This document shows, piece by piece, positions 15,923 to 26,400 of a stretch of DNA of 64,000 nucleotides. The translations under genes and the position numbers were made by a program. A model generated the notes under the pieces. That model saw nothing but the letters and a program-made list of their open reading frames with translations. It was not told the origin of the DNA and did not search any database. Location of the stretch: contig CBDDCH010000002.1 in assembly GCA_965226215.1 (NCBI GenBank), positions 2,517,228-2,581,227 on the forward strand, given 5' to 3'. Numbering within the stretch: the stretch's first letter is position 1; every line of letters starts with the position of its first letter. Source of the DNA: Bryobacterales bacterium. Lineage in GTDB: Bacteria; Acidobacteriota; Terriglobia; Bryobacterales; UBA6623.

Positions 15923-18202
15923 CTAGAACAATCGCTCCCGAGGCGCCAGGGTGCCGAACGAACCGACGTTCGCGATCGACAAGGATACCCGGATCTGATT
16001 CTCGTTGCGAATGGTCCCGATGGCAAATCGCCGCCAGCCGACACTGAAGCCGCAGCAATCGGTATTGTAGGCAACCTGGGCAATAGTGTACAGGAAGATT
16101 TTCTGCCGGTAGTCGTAAATGTTCGAGAGGGCGACATTCCAGCCGCGGCGGTTGAAGTCGCCCAGACTGACCTTGGTGAAGAGTTGGTTGCTGGGGGGCG
16201 TGACCGTGCTCGGGGTGCGCACGGCGTAGTGGCCGAAACTCGTTCGCACGAAGCGATTGATTCGGAAATCGCCGGTCACGCCGCTGTTGACCAGTTTTCC
16301 CCGCAGCGGATCGTAATCGTAACGCCATTCCAGCCCATAGCGCCAGCTCGGCCGAACGCGCATGGCGGTGGCTATGGGCGAATAACTGCGCAGTTGGTCG
16401 GCGAAGGCGAAGGGGCTGAAGTCGATCGTCGAGCGCAGTACGTTGCGCCGTCCCGGGAGCAGGGCGCCTCCGAAATCTGGGTCGAAGTAGCGCCTTTGCC
16501 AAATATCGAGGGTAAACACCTCCCGCACCTGGCCGCTTTGCTCGTTCTTGGCGAAGAAGCGGTTGGTAACCATGAACTGCGCCTCATTGGTGTTATTGGT
16601 CAGATCAAGATCGTCAAAGCGGATGACACGGTGGAAATCGTCCGCGCCATCGACGTAGCGGTAGGACAGCCTGGGTTCAATGACATGTTTCACGCGGTCC
16701 CCGAGCCATTTCGGCCCGTCATAGATACGCTGCAACGCCGGTGGTGAAATTTCAATCGAAGCCTCCCGGGTACTCCGATAGTAGTTCGCTCCGCTTAGTC
16801 GTCCCTCGGCCCGGCTTTGCCCGTAGGCAGTTTGTCGAGCGCCGAAAGTCGGCCTGAAGTGAAAACCCTTGAAGAAGAACTTGGTCGAGAGCCTGGGATA
16901 AAGATCACCCCGCTGCACGAAACGTCGCGTCTGAAACAGTGGCTGTGTGCGGCTGACCAAGCCAAAAGAGCTGTCCAGGCTGAACCACAAAGGGACCGGA
17001 CCATCAACGATGGGGCGGTCTCGGCTGTTGAACTCGACACTGGGCAGCTTGCGGACGATAATCGTGTCGCCGCGCTTGACGCTCTGGAAGTTCTCGTCGC
17101 GGGACAACTCGGTGTTGATGCTGAAGGTGGAAAAGTTCTTGGTCATAAAACCGAACGAGCGAAGCTGCGAGAATACCGCCTCGTGAAAGCTTTGTGTGAA
17201 GGCCTGCCGGAATTCCAGCGAGGTAAGGTAATTGATTTCCATCACGCCGCGAAAGCCGCCGGGCATCAGGGCGCTGCCTTGCATGGAAAACGAGCTTCCC
17301 CCTTGTTTTATCCGGCGCCCGTCGTCAAGCTTCCGCCCGCGATCCTTCACGCCATAAAAGGCGGCGTTGAAGTGACTGTTCGCCGTCGGACGGCCTCGGA
17401 CGCCGACTTGGCCGGCAATTCCGCGGTCGGTATACCACGTACCGCCGATCGTTGCGTCGTAGTTTCGATTGATGGCCCAGTAATAAGACTGCCCGAGTAC
17501 GAACCCGAATCGAGAGCTATTCCCAATGTTTGGGGTAAGAAACCCGCTCTGGCGGGGCAACCGCTCGAGCGACTTCTTGAACACAGGGAAGTAGAAAATC
17601 GGCACTTTGCGCACTCGGAAGACGCCGCGGTAAACGGTAGCGGATTTACCGGGAGTGATCGTAGTGCGAGGCGCGCGCATCGTCCACCAGGGATCTGTGG
17701 TCTCGCAATTGGTGACATACCCGTTGTGGACCGTGTAGTGGTCCGCCGTCTTGTGAACAACTTTACCGTCGATATAGAAGGGGTTGTCGGTGGTGAGCAC
17801 CCGGAAGCCGCCCTGGTTTGCGGAGGCGACCGTCCCGTGAACCCGGTAGAAAGTGCCGATTTCGGTTCGCAAATTATAGTTGAACTTCTCGGCGTGCAAG
17901 TCTTCCCGCTTCACGCTGTTGCGATAGCGCACGTTGCCGCGGGCCTCGACGTCATCCGTTTGATCGTTGTAGTCAATCTCGTCGGCCGTGAGAGTGGAGT
18001 TGTTGTAGTGGATTTCAACGTTTCCGCGCAGATATCGCATCTGGCCCAAGCTTTCTTGGCTGCGGGCGTAGATCTCCATGTCTCCAGGCTGCCTAGTCGG
18101 CCCGATCGGCTGCTGCGCAAACAGACACGTCGACCAAAGCAGGCAAAAACAGGCTAGCTGAGAAGTACGCCGCGTGGTGGATACTACGGTGCGAAAGCCC
18201 AT
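15923..18202 (-). CDS. lptD: LPS-assembly outer-membrane protein LptD (OstA family)
   Basis: The 759-aa ORF has a signal peptide and an OstA-like N-domain (YLRGNVEIHYNNSTLTADEIDYNDQTDDVEARGNVRY). A long beta-barrel-like C-terminal region ends in an aromatic residue (...RERLF). Confidence 0.8.
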   Translation of the reverse strand: MGFRTVVSTTRRTSQLACFCLLWSTCLFAQQPIGPTRQPGDMEIYARSQESLGQMRYLRGNVEIHYNNSTLTADEIDYNDQTDDVEARGNVRYRNSVKREDLHAEKFNYNLRTEIGTFYRVHGTVASANQGGFRVLTTDNPFYIDGKVVHKTADHYTVHNGYVTNCETTDPWWTMRAPRTTITPGKSATVYRGVFRVRKVPIFYFPVFKKSLERLPRQSGFLTPNIGNSSRFGFVLGQSYYWAINRNYDATIGGTWYTDRGIAGQVGVRGRPTANSHFNAAFYGVKDRGRKLDDGRRIKQGGSSFSMQGSALMPGGFRGVMEINYLTSLEFRQAFTQSFHEAVFSQLRSFGFMTKNFSTFSINTELSRDENFQSVKRGDTIIVRKLPSVEFNSRDRPIVDGPVPLWFSLDSSFGLVSRTQPLFQTRRFVQRGDLYPRLSTKFFFKGFHFRPTFGARQTAYGQSRAEGRLSGANYYRSTREASIEISPPALQRIYDGPKWLGDRVKHVIEPRLSYRYVDGADDFHRVIRFDDLDLTNNTNEAQFMVTNRFFAKNEQSGQVREVFTLDIWQRRYFDPDFGGALLPGRRNVLRSTIDFSPFAFADQLRSYSPIATAMRVRPSWRYGLEWRYDYDPLRGKLVNSGVTGDFRINRFVRTSFGHYAVRTPSTVTPPSNQLFTKVSLGDFNRRGWNVALSNIYDYRQKIFLYTIAQVAYNTDCCGFSVGWRRFAIGTIRNENQIRVSLSIANVGSFGTLAPRERLF

Positions 18203-18347
18203 AAGGGGGCGACTTTGAACGTATCATGCGGGGAAAAACGCCGCAACGAAGCTAGTGCGAGGGAATACTCTCCGAACCGCGGAGGCGCTCCCGATTCAAG
18301 ATCCCCGAAAACATTGGCAGGATAGAGCGCATGACGTCGTGGGTGAT

Positions 18348-20654
18348 CTACGCCGAATGCGTGGCGATCCCTGAGTCCAAGTTCATCTTCTGCAACAGAG
18401 CGGTGAATCGGGGGTCGGGGTGGAGCCAGTCGAACTCAGGATGGGTCTTCAGCCAGAGAAGTAGAGGACTGTGCGCCGCGAGGGCCCGCTCCAACCACTC
18501 GAAGGCCTGATCAGCGGATCGCAGGCCCGCATGGATCAAGGCGATTTGGAAAGCGACGATGTGTGCCGGCCGGGAGGGTTCCTCGAGGTCATGGAGAAGT
18601 TTCCGGGCTTGCTCAGGGCGGCCGGAGACGGCGTAGGCGTGGCCCAGAAAGCCCTCTCGCGCCGAGAGTACATCCAACTGGTCGAAAGCCGTGACGGCTT
18701 TCTCGGGATCGCCGAGTTGAAGATGTATTCTAGCTAGAAAAAAGCGGGCCCAAACAATGTTCGGCTCCAGCTCCAGCGTTTTGTGAAGCTGTTCCGCCGC
18801 CTGGTCGTATTCACGACGATGGAACAGCACCAGACCCAACCCCATGTTGATGGAGGCGGTGACAGGATCGAGGTTTAGCGCCGTCTGCGCTTCCTCGAGA
18901 GCCTCATCCAGACGTGCGGTGCCGACCAGGACGAAAACGGCACGCCAGTAGTGGGCGGTTGAATAACCGGGGTCGAGTTCGATGGCGCGCTTGAGCTCCC
19001 GGTCAGCCAGCTCCCAATTCCAACCGTAGACCACCTCGACGAAGGCCAGCGAGGCGTGTGCCTCGGGCAACATCGGATCGAGATCCAGGGCCTTGAGGGC
19101 TGCCTGCTTCGCTTGGCGCATCACCTCGCTGGGAGGATCCGGGTCGCCAATCAGCACCAATGCAACAGAGCAATCGGCCAGACCGGAATAGGCCGGAGCG
19201 TAGTGAGGGTCTTCGGCCAGCGCGAGCTCCAGGTTTTCTTTGGCCTTGCGGATGGCCTGTGGCGTTCGCTTATGCCAGTAGTAGCGGCCTCGCAGGTAAT
19301 ACTTGTAGGCCTCAACGTTTTCCGTGTACCGCCGGGCCGAAGACTTGCTCCCGCCGACGAGCTTGACTTCGAGCGTCCCCACTACGGCTTGTGAAATGTC
19401 GTCTTGAATGTCGAAGATATCTTCCATCAGGCGATCGTAGCGTTCCGACCACATCTCGTAGCCATCGGCCACGCTGCTCAATTGCACGGTGACCCGGAGC
19501 CTGTTGCCGGCGCGGCGCACGCTGCCTACGAGCACGTTATCGACCTTGAGCCTGCGGCCCAGCTCATCCAGATCCGGAGTTTTCCCCTTGAACTGAAAGG
19601 CCGAGTTGCGGGCGGCGACCCGCAGACCTTTCACCTTCGTCAGAGCGATGATGATGTCTTCGGTGATACCGTCGCTGAAGAACTCGCTTTCCTCGTCTCG
19701 GTTCATGTTGACGAACGGCAGCACGGCGATCGAGGGCGCGGCCGGCTTGGCTTCGCGCGGCGTAAGTCGCGGGGCGGAGCCAGACTCGCGACTGCGGCGC
19801 AGCGCTCGCAGGTCCGCCAGCAGATCGTCGGCGTGCTGATAGCGCTCGGCGGGGCGCTTGGCCAGGGCCTTTTCGACGATGCGCTCGAGAGCCAGGGGAA
19901 TGCCGCTCCTGAGGCTCGTCACCGAATCGGGCTCCTCGTTGGCGATCGAGTAAACAATCGCATCGGCATAGTGCCCTCGAAACGGAAGCCGGCCGGTCAG
20001 CATCTGGTAAAGCACGACCCCCAGAGACCAGAGATCCGTCCGCCTGTCAAGCGCCTCGCCGGCCGTCTGCTCGGGCGACATGTACGCCGTGGTCCCCAGG
20101 GTTAGCTCCTTGCGCGTGATCCTGCTGCTCCCGGCCAAATAAGCCAAGCCAAAGTCCATGATCACGGCCTGGCCTTTGGTCGTCAGCATGATGTCGGCGC
20201 TCTTGATATCCCGATGAACGATGTCGTTTTCGTGCGCTTCCTCCAGTCCCTGGGCCACCTGGATCACAATGTCGAGCGCCTCGCCGATGTCGAATGGCCC
20301 GTCCGCGATTCTCTGGGCTAGGTTGCGGCCCTCCAAATAAGCCATGGCAATGAAAGCCTGGCCGTCGGCTTCATCGATTTCATAGACCGTACAAATGTTG
20401 GGGTGCTGTAGCGCCGCCGCAGCCTGCGCTTCGCGCAACAGCCGCGCTCTTTCCACTTCCCCGGCAGTCGAACTCGGGGGCAGAAACTTCAGAGCCACGA
20501 TGCGCTTGAGCTTTGTATCTTCGGCCTTATACACTACGCCCATCCCGCCCTCGCCGAGCTTCCCAACGATCCTATAGTGCGAGATGGTGTGTCCGATCAC
20601 GGCTCTTCCGCGTCGAGATTTCAGGTGCCGCAGTGCGACTTCGTTGGCGCGCAA
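18348..20654 (-). CDS. Ser/Thr protein kinase with a C-terminal TolB-N-like and TPR region
   Basis: Kinase motifs are present: GEGGMGVVYKA, HRDIKSADIML, DFGLA, GTTAYMSPEQ. They are followed by ...IAVLPFVNMNRDEESEFFSDGITEDII... and TPR-like repeats. Confidence 0.9.
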   Translation of the reverse strand: MRANEVALRHLKSRRGRAVIGHTISHYRIVGKLGEGGMGVVYKAEDTKLKRIVALKFLPPSSTAGEVERARLLREAQAAAALQHPNICTVYEIDEADGQAFIAMAYLEGRNLAQRIADGPFDIGEALDIVIQVAQGLEEAHENDIVHRDIKSADIMLTTKGQAVIMDFGLAYLAGSSRITRKELTLGTTAYMSPEQTAGEALDRRTDLWSLGVVLYQMLTGRLPFRGHYADAIVYSIANEEPDSVTSLRSGIPLALERIVEKALAKRPAERYQHADDLLADLRALRRSRESGSAPRLTPREAKPAAPSIAVLPFVNMNRDEESEFFSDGITEDIIIALTKVKGLRVAARNSAFQFKGKTPDLDELGRRLKVDNVLVGSVRRAGNRLRVTVQLSSVADGYEMWSERYDRLMEDIFDIQDDISQAVVGTLEVKLVGGSKSSARRYTENVEAYKYYLRGRYYWHKRTPQAIRKAKENLELALAEDPHYAPAYSGLADCSVALVLIGDPDPPSEVMRQAKQAALKALDLDPMLPEAHASLAFVEVVYGWNWELADRELKRAIELDPGYSTAHYWRAVFVLVGTARLDEALEEAQTALNLDPVTASINMGLGLVLFHRREYDQAAEQLHKTLELEPNIVWARFFLARIHLQLGDPEKAVTAFDQLDVLSAREGFLGHAYAVSGRPEQARKLLHDLEEPSRPAHIVAFQIALIHAGLRSADQAFEWLERALAAHSPLLLWLKTHPEFDWLHPDPRFTALLQKMNLDSGIATHSA

Positions 20655-20859
20655 TCTCTACTCAGGTACGCTCGGAAAGTATATCCCACCCGGTCGCGGC
20701 GGCGCTTGGCGTAGGAAAGAAGTATGGAACGATGGTTTCCGAGGTTGGCTGCAAGATCGCCGGGGAGACCTACCCCTCACGCCGAGGCCCCGCGGCAAAC
20801 GCGCTGCGCTTGAAGCCGCATGTCATAGCGTGTGCTATCGTGGCGTTGGGAAGCAAAAG

Positions 20860-21810
20860 ATGGCAAGTGTACCCGCGGTCAAGGTGCAAGATCTCGCCTA
20901 TCGCTACGGCGAGCGGGACGCGCTGAAGGGCATAAGCTTTTTCGTCGAGCCCGGCGAAGTCTTCGGTTTGCTCGGCCCGAACGGCGGCGGCAAGACGACC
21001 CTTTTTCGGATCCTCTCCACCTTGCTGTTGCCGGCTGATGGCCAGGCCCAAGTTTTTGGCATTGACGTCGCCAAAGATCCACTAGGGGTGCGCCGCCAGA
21101 TTGGCGTTGTTTTTCAGAATCAAAGCCTCGACCGCCGACTGACAGCCGCTGAAAACCTGGTCCACCAAGGGCATCTCTATGGCCTCAGGGGTAATATTCT
21201 GCGGCATCGAATTGACCGAGTATTAGACCGGGTCGGGCTGGCCGATCGACGCAATAGTGTGGTCGAAACGCTTTCCGGCGGCATGCGCCGGCGGCTCGAG
21301 TTGGCAAAAGGGCTGCTTCACCGCCCACGACTGCTTCTGCTTGACGAGCCCGGCACGGGGGTTGACCCGGGTGCACGGCGGAGTTTCTGGGATTACCTGC
21401 AGCTATTGCGCCGCGAAGAAGGGGTGACCATTCTGCTGACAACGCATCTGCTTGACGAGGCGGACAAATGCGACCGGCTGGCAATCCTCGACGAAGGGTC
21501 TCTTGTGGCGCAGGGGACGCCAGGCGGGTTGAAAAGCGAGATCGGCGGCGAGGTCGTGATGTTGACCGCGGGTGATCCTCATGCCCTGTTGGCCGAGTTA
21601 CCCGCCGGATTGGACATCCGAGCAAACGTGGTAGACGGTGCAGTTCGATTCGAACATCCCGAAGGTTCCCAACTGGCGGCCCGACTCATGAAGGAGTTAC
21701 CGCAACAAATCGATTCGGTCACCGTTTCACGTCCCAGCCTCGAGGACGTCTTCATTCACATGACCGGTCATCGCTTCAGGCAACAAGCGGCGAACGGAGA
21801 TCAAAGGTAA
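20860..21810 (+). CDS. ABC transporter ATP-binding protein (ABC-2 exporter type)
   Basis: It carries Walker A (GPNGGGKTT), the signature LSGGMRRRLELA and Walker B (LLLLDEPGTG). The start is moved to the ATG at 20860 (MASVPAVKVQDL...), because the first 92 codons of the track ORF overlap the kinase gene region. Confidence 0.9.
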   Translation: MASVPAVKVQDLAYRYGERDALKGISFFVEPGEVFGLLGPNGGGKTTLFRILSTLLLPADGQAQVFGIDVAKDPLGVRRQIGVVFQNQSLDRRLTAAENLVHQGHLYGLRGNILRHRIDRVLDRVGLADRRNSVVETLSGGMRRRLELAKGLLHRPRLLLLDEPGTGVDPGARRSFWDYLQLLRREEGVTILLTTHLLDEADKCDRLAILDEGSLVAQGTPGGLKSEIGGEVVMLTAGDPHALLAELPAGLDIRANVVDGAVRFEHPEGSQLAARLMKELPQQIDSVTVSRPSLEDVFIHMTGHRFRQQAANGDQR

Positions 21811-21915
21811 AATTAGACAATCGCCTCCTAATCCGGACCGCCGAATTAGATTCGCGAACCGACAGGTTCCGCCGCCCCCTGGACGGGCGTCTTCCGTGAC
21901 CAAGGTTACCCGCCT

Positions 21916-22752
21916 GTGAATGCTCCCGCCATTGCCGTGCGACCGAAGGTGGAGCAAAGCCCGCCTCCGACGCCGAGTCTGTGGCTAGCTGTTGTCAGCT
22001 TGTGGGGTCGCGAGATTCGGGGCTTTTATCGCCAGCGGAGTCGAGTTGTGGGCGGATTAGCGACCCCGCTTGTGATCTGGTTGTTGCTCAGCTCGGGCTT
22101 CAGTACGTCCTTGCGGACCGGGCTAGGCGGCGACACGGGGTCGTTGGGCTTTTTCTTTCCGGGGACAGTGGTGCTGGCGGTGCTGTTCGCGGCTATTTTT
22201 TCAAACATTTCGGTGATCGAAGACAGGCGCGAAGGATTTCTGCTTTCGGTTCTGGTCGCGCCGGTCTCTCGAATGGCGTTGGTCCTCGGGAAACTCCTAG
22301 GTGCATCCACGATCGGGGCGTTTCAGGGGATCGTGCTGTTGCCACTTGCGCCGTTGATGGGGGTCCCGATCGAGCTATCGAGAATCCCGACATTACTGGC
22401 TACCATTCTGCTGCTTTCGTTCGGTCTTACGGGCTTGGGATTTTTCTTCGCTTGGTGGTTGAACTCCGTGCAAGGGTTTCACTCCGTGATGAACATCGTG
22501 CTCATGCCCATGTGGGTGCTATCGGGAGCCGTCTTCCCAGCCGAAGGCGCTTCGACCTGGGTGCAGTGGGTCATCATGGTCAACCCGGTTGCCTACGGCG
22601 TAGCGGCGCTGCGCCACTTTCTTAGCCCGGAAGGCGTCACGGCGGGGCCCGGCTTGGCGCTCTGCTTGATCGTGATGATCGCCTTTGGCGCAGCGACGCT
22701 GGCGGCCGCCTTCTTGCAGGCTTACCGCCCGTCGGCAGAGACGCTGAGTTGA
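21916..22752 (+). CDS. ABC-2-type transporter permease
   Basis: The 278-aa ORF has six hydrophobic segments and lies directly downstream of the ATPase. It uses a GTG start. Confidence 0.8.
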   Translation: MNAPAIAVRPKVEQSPPPTPSLWLAVVSLWGREIRGFYRQRSRVVGGLATPLVIWLLLSSGFSTSLRTGLGGDTGSLGFFFPGTVVLAVLFAAIFSNISVIEDRREGFLLSVLVAPVSRMALVLGKLLGASTIGAFQGIVLLPLAPLMGVPIELSRIPTLLATILLLSFGLTGLGFFFAWWLNSVQGFHSVMNIVLMPMWVLSGAVFPAEGASTWVQWVIMVNPVAYGVAALRHFLSPEGVTAGPGLALCLIVMIAFGAATLAAAFLQAYRPSAETLS

Positions 22753-22755
22753 CGA

Positions 22756-23169
22756 ATGGACGTCAGTAGCCTCCCGGCCCTCAACGCCTCCCTAAACTCG
22801 CTGAGCGCCCTGTTGCTGGGCTGTGGATACTACTTCATCCGCCGACGCGAGGTTGAGCGCCACCGATTCTGCATGGTGGCAGCGTTTGCAGTGTCGTGCT
22901 TCTTCCTCGCTTCCTATCTCCTCTACCACTACCACGCGGGTTCGGTCCCTTTCACCAAACAAGGGTGGATCCGGCCACTGTATTTCACTATCCTCATCAC
23001 GCACGTCTTCCTAGCGGCCGCCATTGTGCCTCTGGCGCTTATAACCCTGTATCGTGCGTGGAGGGAGCAATTTGATCGCCACCGCCGAATCGCACGCTGG
23101 ACGCTTCCGATTTGGATGTACGTCTCGCTGACAGGCATCGTGATCTACGGGATGCTCTACTGGCTTTAG
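22756..23169 (+). CDS. DUF420-family membrane protein
   Basis: The 137-aa ORF has 4 TM helices and the pattern ...LNASLNSLSALLL..GYYFIRRR....H...M......FL..YL.YH... that I associate with DUF420. It lies 3 nt after the permease stop. Confidence 0.65.
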   Translation: MDVSSLPALNASLNSLSALLLGCGYYFIRRREVERHRFCMVAAFAVSCFFLASYLLYHYHAGSVPFTKQGWIRPLYFTILITHVFLAAAIVPLALITLYRAWREQFDRHRRIARWTLPIWMYVSLTGIVIYGMLYWL

Positions 23170-23268
23170 CCCGCTTTTCTCACCAGGTGGCGAGGCGAAG
23201 TGCAGGCGGGCACACCATGCTGTGCCCCTACAGATCTGTAAGGCGCCTGAAGATGTAGCGGCATGTGG
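23169..23268. repeat. MITE/REP-like element fragment, family A
   Basis: It starts with the TIR AGCCCGCTTTTCTCACC. Then GCAGGCGGGCACACCATGCTGTGCCCCTACAGATCTGT..CCTGAAGATGTAGCGGCATGTGG matches the reverse complement of 39256-39320. Confidence 0.7.
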
Positions 23269-23400
23269 AGCGGGCCGCGGGCCCCGGCTGGGTTGACCTC
23301 AGGTCGAGCTCGTCAGTCGGACAGATAGGAAGCATGAAAATACGGCCCCAGTTTCCTCCGGGTCACAGTGCGGGTCTATTTCCCAAAGCAGAAAAGCGGG

Positions 23401-26400
23401 CTAGCCCCGCTCTGTGGCTCGTTGGCTCGCGGCGGCTCGCCCGTTCTCGTGGTCCGCCATTCGGACGGATACGAGTTGCGAGACGCCCGGTTGTTGCATG
23501 GTCACGCCGTAGAGGGTCTGAGCGCTTTCCATGGTCGTCTTGCTGTGCGTGATCAAGATGAATTGCGTGCGGTCGCTCATCTCGCTGACGAGACGGCTAA
23601 AGCGAGCTAGGTTGGGCTCGTCGAGCGCGGCGTCGACCTCGTCGAGCACGCAAAACGGACTGGGCTTGTACTGGAAGGTCGCCATGAGCAAGGCAACCGC
23701 GGTCAGCGATTTTTCGCCGCCGGAAAGAAGGGCAACATTCTGTAGACGCTTGCCCGGGGGAGAGGCGATGATGTCGATCCCCGAGTCGGCGGCGTTGGAT
23801 TCGTCGGTCAACTTCATCTCCGCCTGGCCGCCGCCGAATAGCGTGCGGAAAACTTCATGAAAATTCTTGTTGATTGCCTCAAAGGCATCTTGAAACTTGC
23901 GCCGCGAGACCGCGTCGATTTCAGCGATGGCCGTTTGCGTGTCGGCGATGGAGTCCACTAGATCTTTCTTTTGCGCTTCGAGAAAGTCAAGGCGCTCCTT
24001 TGCTTCCTGGAACTCCTCGAGAGCCAATACGTTGACCGGGCCGAGGCTGTCCAGTTTCGCCTTGGTCTCCTGATGCCGGGCTTCGGCCGCGGCGAGTTCC
24101 TCGTCCGCGAGGTCCGCGCTTTCGCCGTCGGATACCTCCCGGATAGGCTTCCCGATCTCGCGCCGGCATTCCTCCTCGAGGTGCTTGACCTCGGAACGGA
24201 TCTCGGCCAAACGCACGTCGATCGTGGAACGATGATCACGAATTTCATCTAAGGACGAACGCTCGACGCCGATTTGTTCCTCAGACGTCTCTACGCGACC
24301 GCGCAACTCGGCCAGAGACCCCGCAATCTCGCTCGCTTCTCGTTCAGCCTCGACGCGCCGCGTGCACTGTTGCTCGATTCGGCTTTCAAGCTCGACGTTG
24401 TCCTCGAGCAGCCGGACGCGCTCTGCTTCCGACTCTCGCATCTGGCTCGACATGGACTGCATCCGCTCGTTCTGCTCTTCGACGCGCTGCCGAGCCCGAG
24501 CGGACGAGGCGGTTGCCCCCTTGTGCCTCTCTTCGAGAGTTGCCAATTGCGTGCGTGCTTGTGTTTGTTCCTGGAGCAGGCTAGCGAGCCTTCCCTGGTT
24601 TTCGCGGATGCGCTGTTCCAAATCGGCGAGCAACTTTTCACCTTGGCCGCGCTCCGTCTCCTTCTGCTCGATCTGCCGGCTACGAGCGTCCCGATCCGCG
24701 GACGCCTCTTGTGCAGTGTGTTGCAGCCGCTCTCTTTCGACGCTCGCCACCGAGCGCTGGCGCTCACCGCGGTCAATCTCCTCATCAAGCCGGCGCAGCT
24801 CATGCTCGCCGGCCAGTAACCGTTTTTCCGTCTCCTGGCATTCGGACTTGACAGTCTCCAACTCCGTGCTTTTGTTCTCGATTTCGTCTTCAGCTCGTGA
24901 TGCCATGGCCAGGGCTTCACGAAGCGACGTCTCCGCGGCGGCGATTTTCGGCGTCAGCTCGCGGAGCTCCCGCTTGAGTGACAGGGGACCGCTCGTGCCC
25001 GGCTTGCCGCCTCGCACCGTGTGGCCGCGATAGCAAACGCCGTCCGGCAATAAGAACGAAAGGTCGGGATATTGCACCGCCAGCCGTCGAGCGGCCTCTT
25101 CGTCTTCGACCAGGTAACAGCCGCGTAGACGAGGCAGCAGGGACGACGCCGCGCCGGACAGCCCATTCGTCAGGCGAATCGAGTCGGCTAGGCGGCCGGT
25201 GACACCCGTCTCCGGCCCCAGAGCGGGAATCTCCTCCGCCAGCGAAGAGTCCGGGTGGACGAGGAACGTAACCTCGCCGTGCAGGTCTCGACGGACAAGC
25301 TGCACACCCTGCCGGGCCTCTTTCCAACTCTTGACGACCACGAACTCGAGCTCATCGCGCAGAAAATCTTCGGCAATCCTCTCGTGCTCGGAAGCGACTT
25401 CAACATAATCCGCCAGAATGCCCGTCGGATGGAAGCCTTGCTCCGCGCGCCTGTCAATGGCGGCGAAAAAGTTCTTGACACTTTCGGCGGTATAAGCGTG
25501 GTGGGAGAGAATTTCTTCCAGCGAATCACGCCTGGCCCTGGATCGAGAGAGTTCTTCCTGCAGCCGCTCGACTTGTTCGCGGCCGGTTGCGGCCTGCTCT
25601 CTGTGCGAACCGATCTGCTGCTCGATGCTCTTGCGGCGAGCCGCCAAAGCTTCGAGATTATTCCGTTCCCGTTCAACCTCTAGCTCTGCCTGCTTGCGGC
25701 GGCCGGCCAGACCCGCGATCTCCTGCTGTGCGTCCTCCTCTTCCTTCTGTAGGCCTGCGATCCGGCGTTCAGTGCCGGCAAGGAACTCCTCTAACTTCGC
25801 GACTTCATTCCGCACAGTAGCGATTTCACCAAGAAGCTGCAGCATGCCCCGGCGGCCGCGCTCCTGTTCCCGCTCGTCGTCAGCGAGGCCGGCTTGGCAT
25901 TGCTCGACGTCGGAGGTTTTTTGCATCAACGCCTGCTGGGCGATGTCTTGCCCCGCCGCCACTTGTTCCAGGGCGGCCTCCTCGGACGCCAATTCGGCCT
26001 CAAGCTGCTCGAGCCGCTCTGCAAGATAGGAGATTTGAGCCTGCCACTGTTTTTCGCGTTTTTCGTTCTCCTTGGCGGTCCCGGCCTGCTGCTCCACGCG
26101 AGAGCGCAACCGCTCGATGTTGACGACGAGCTGAGAGACCTCCTCGCGGCCGCTGGCCAGCGCCGTATCTTGGAGTTGCTGCTGCTTGCGATGCGACGTC
26201 AATTCGCTTTCGAGCTGGTGCAATCGCTCGGCCAACAAACGATTCTCGTCCTCGGCTTCGTCCGACTCCGCCGCCCAGGACCCGAGCTGCTCATCGAGAC
26301 GCCGGTATCGACCGGCCAGCAGAACGGAAAGAGTCGCTTTGAGCCGGTTCCGCAGTTCCTCGTGCCGGTGCGCTCTCGACGCTTGGCGTTTCAGCGAATT

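Noticed and set aside
20584-20859. N-terminal extensions given by the ORF track for several genes (ABC ATPase 20584, gmd 38318, GT2 43148, GT4 40922 and 59888, amidohydrolase 6946, rmuC 9421)
   Set aside because: The extensions overlap neighbouring genes or repeat elements and lack family similarity. Internal starts give canonical N-termini (Rossmann motif, signal peptide, MRILL/MRVLML GT4 starts).
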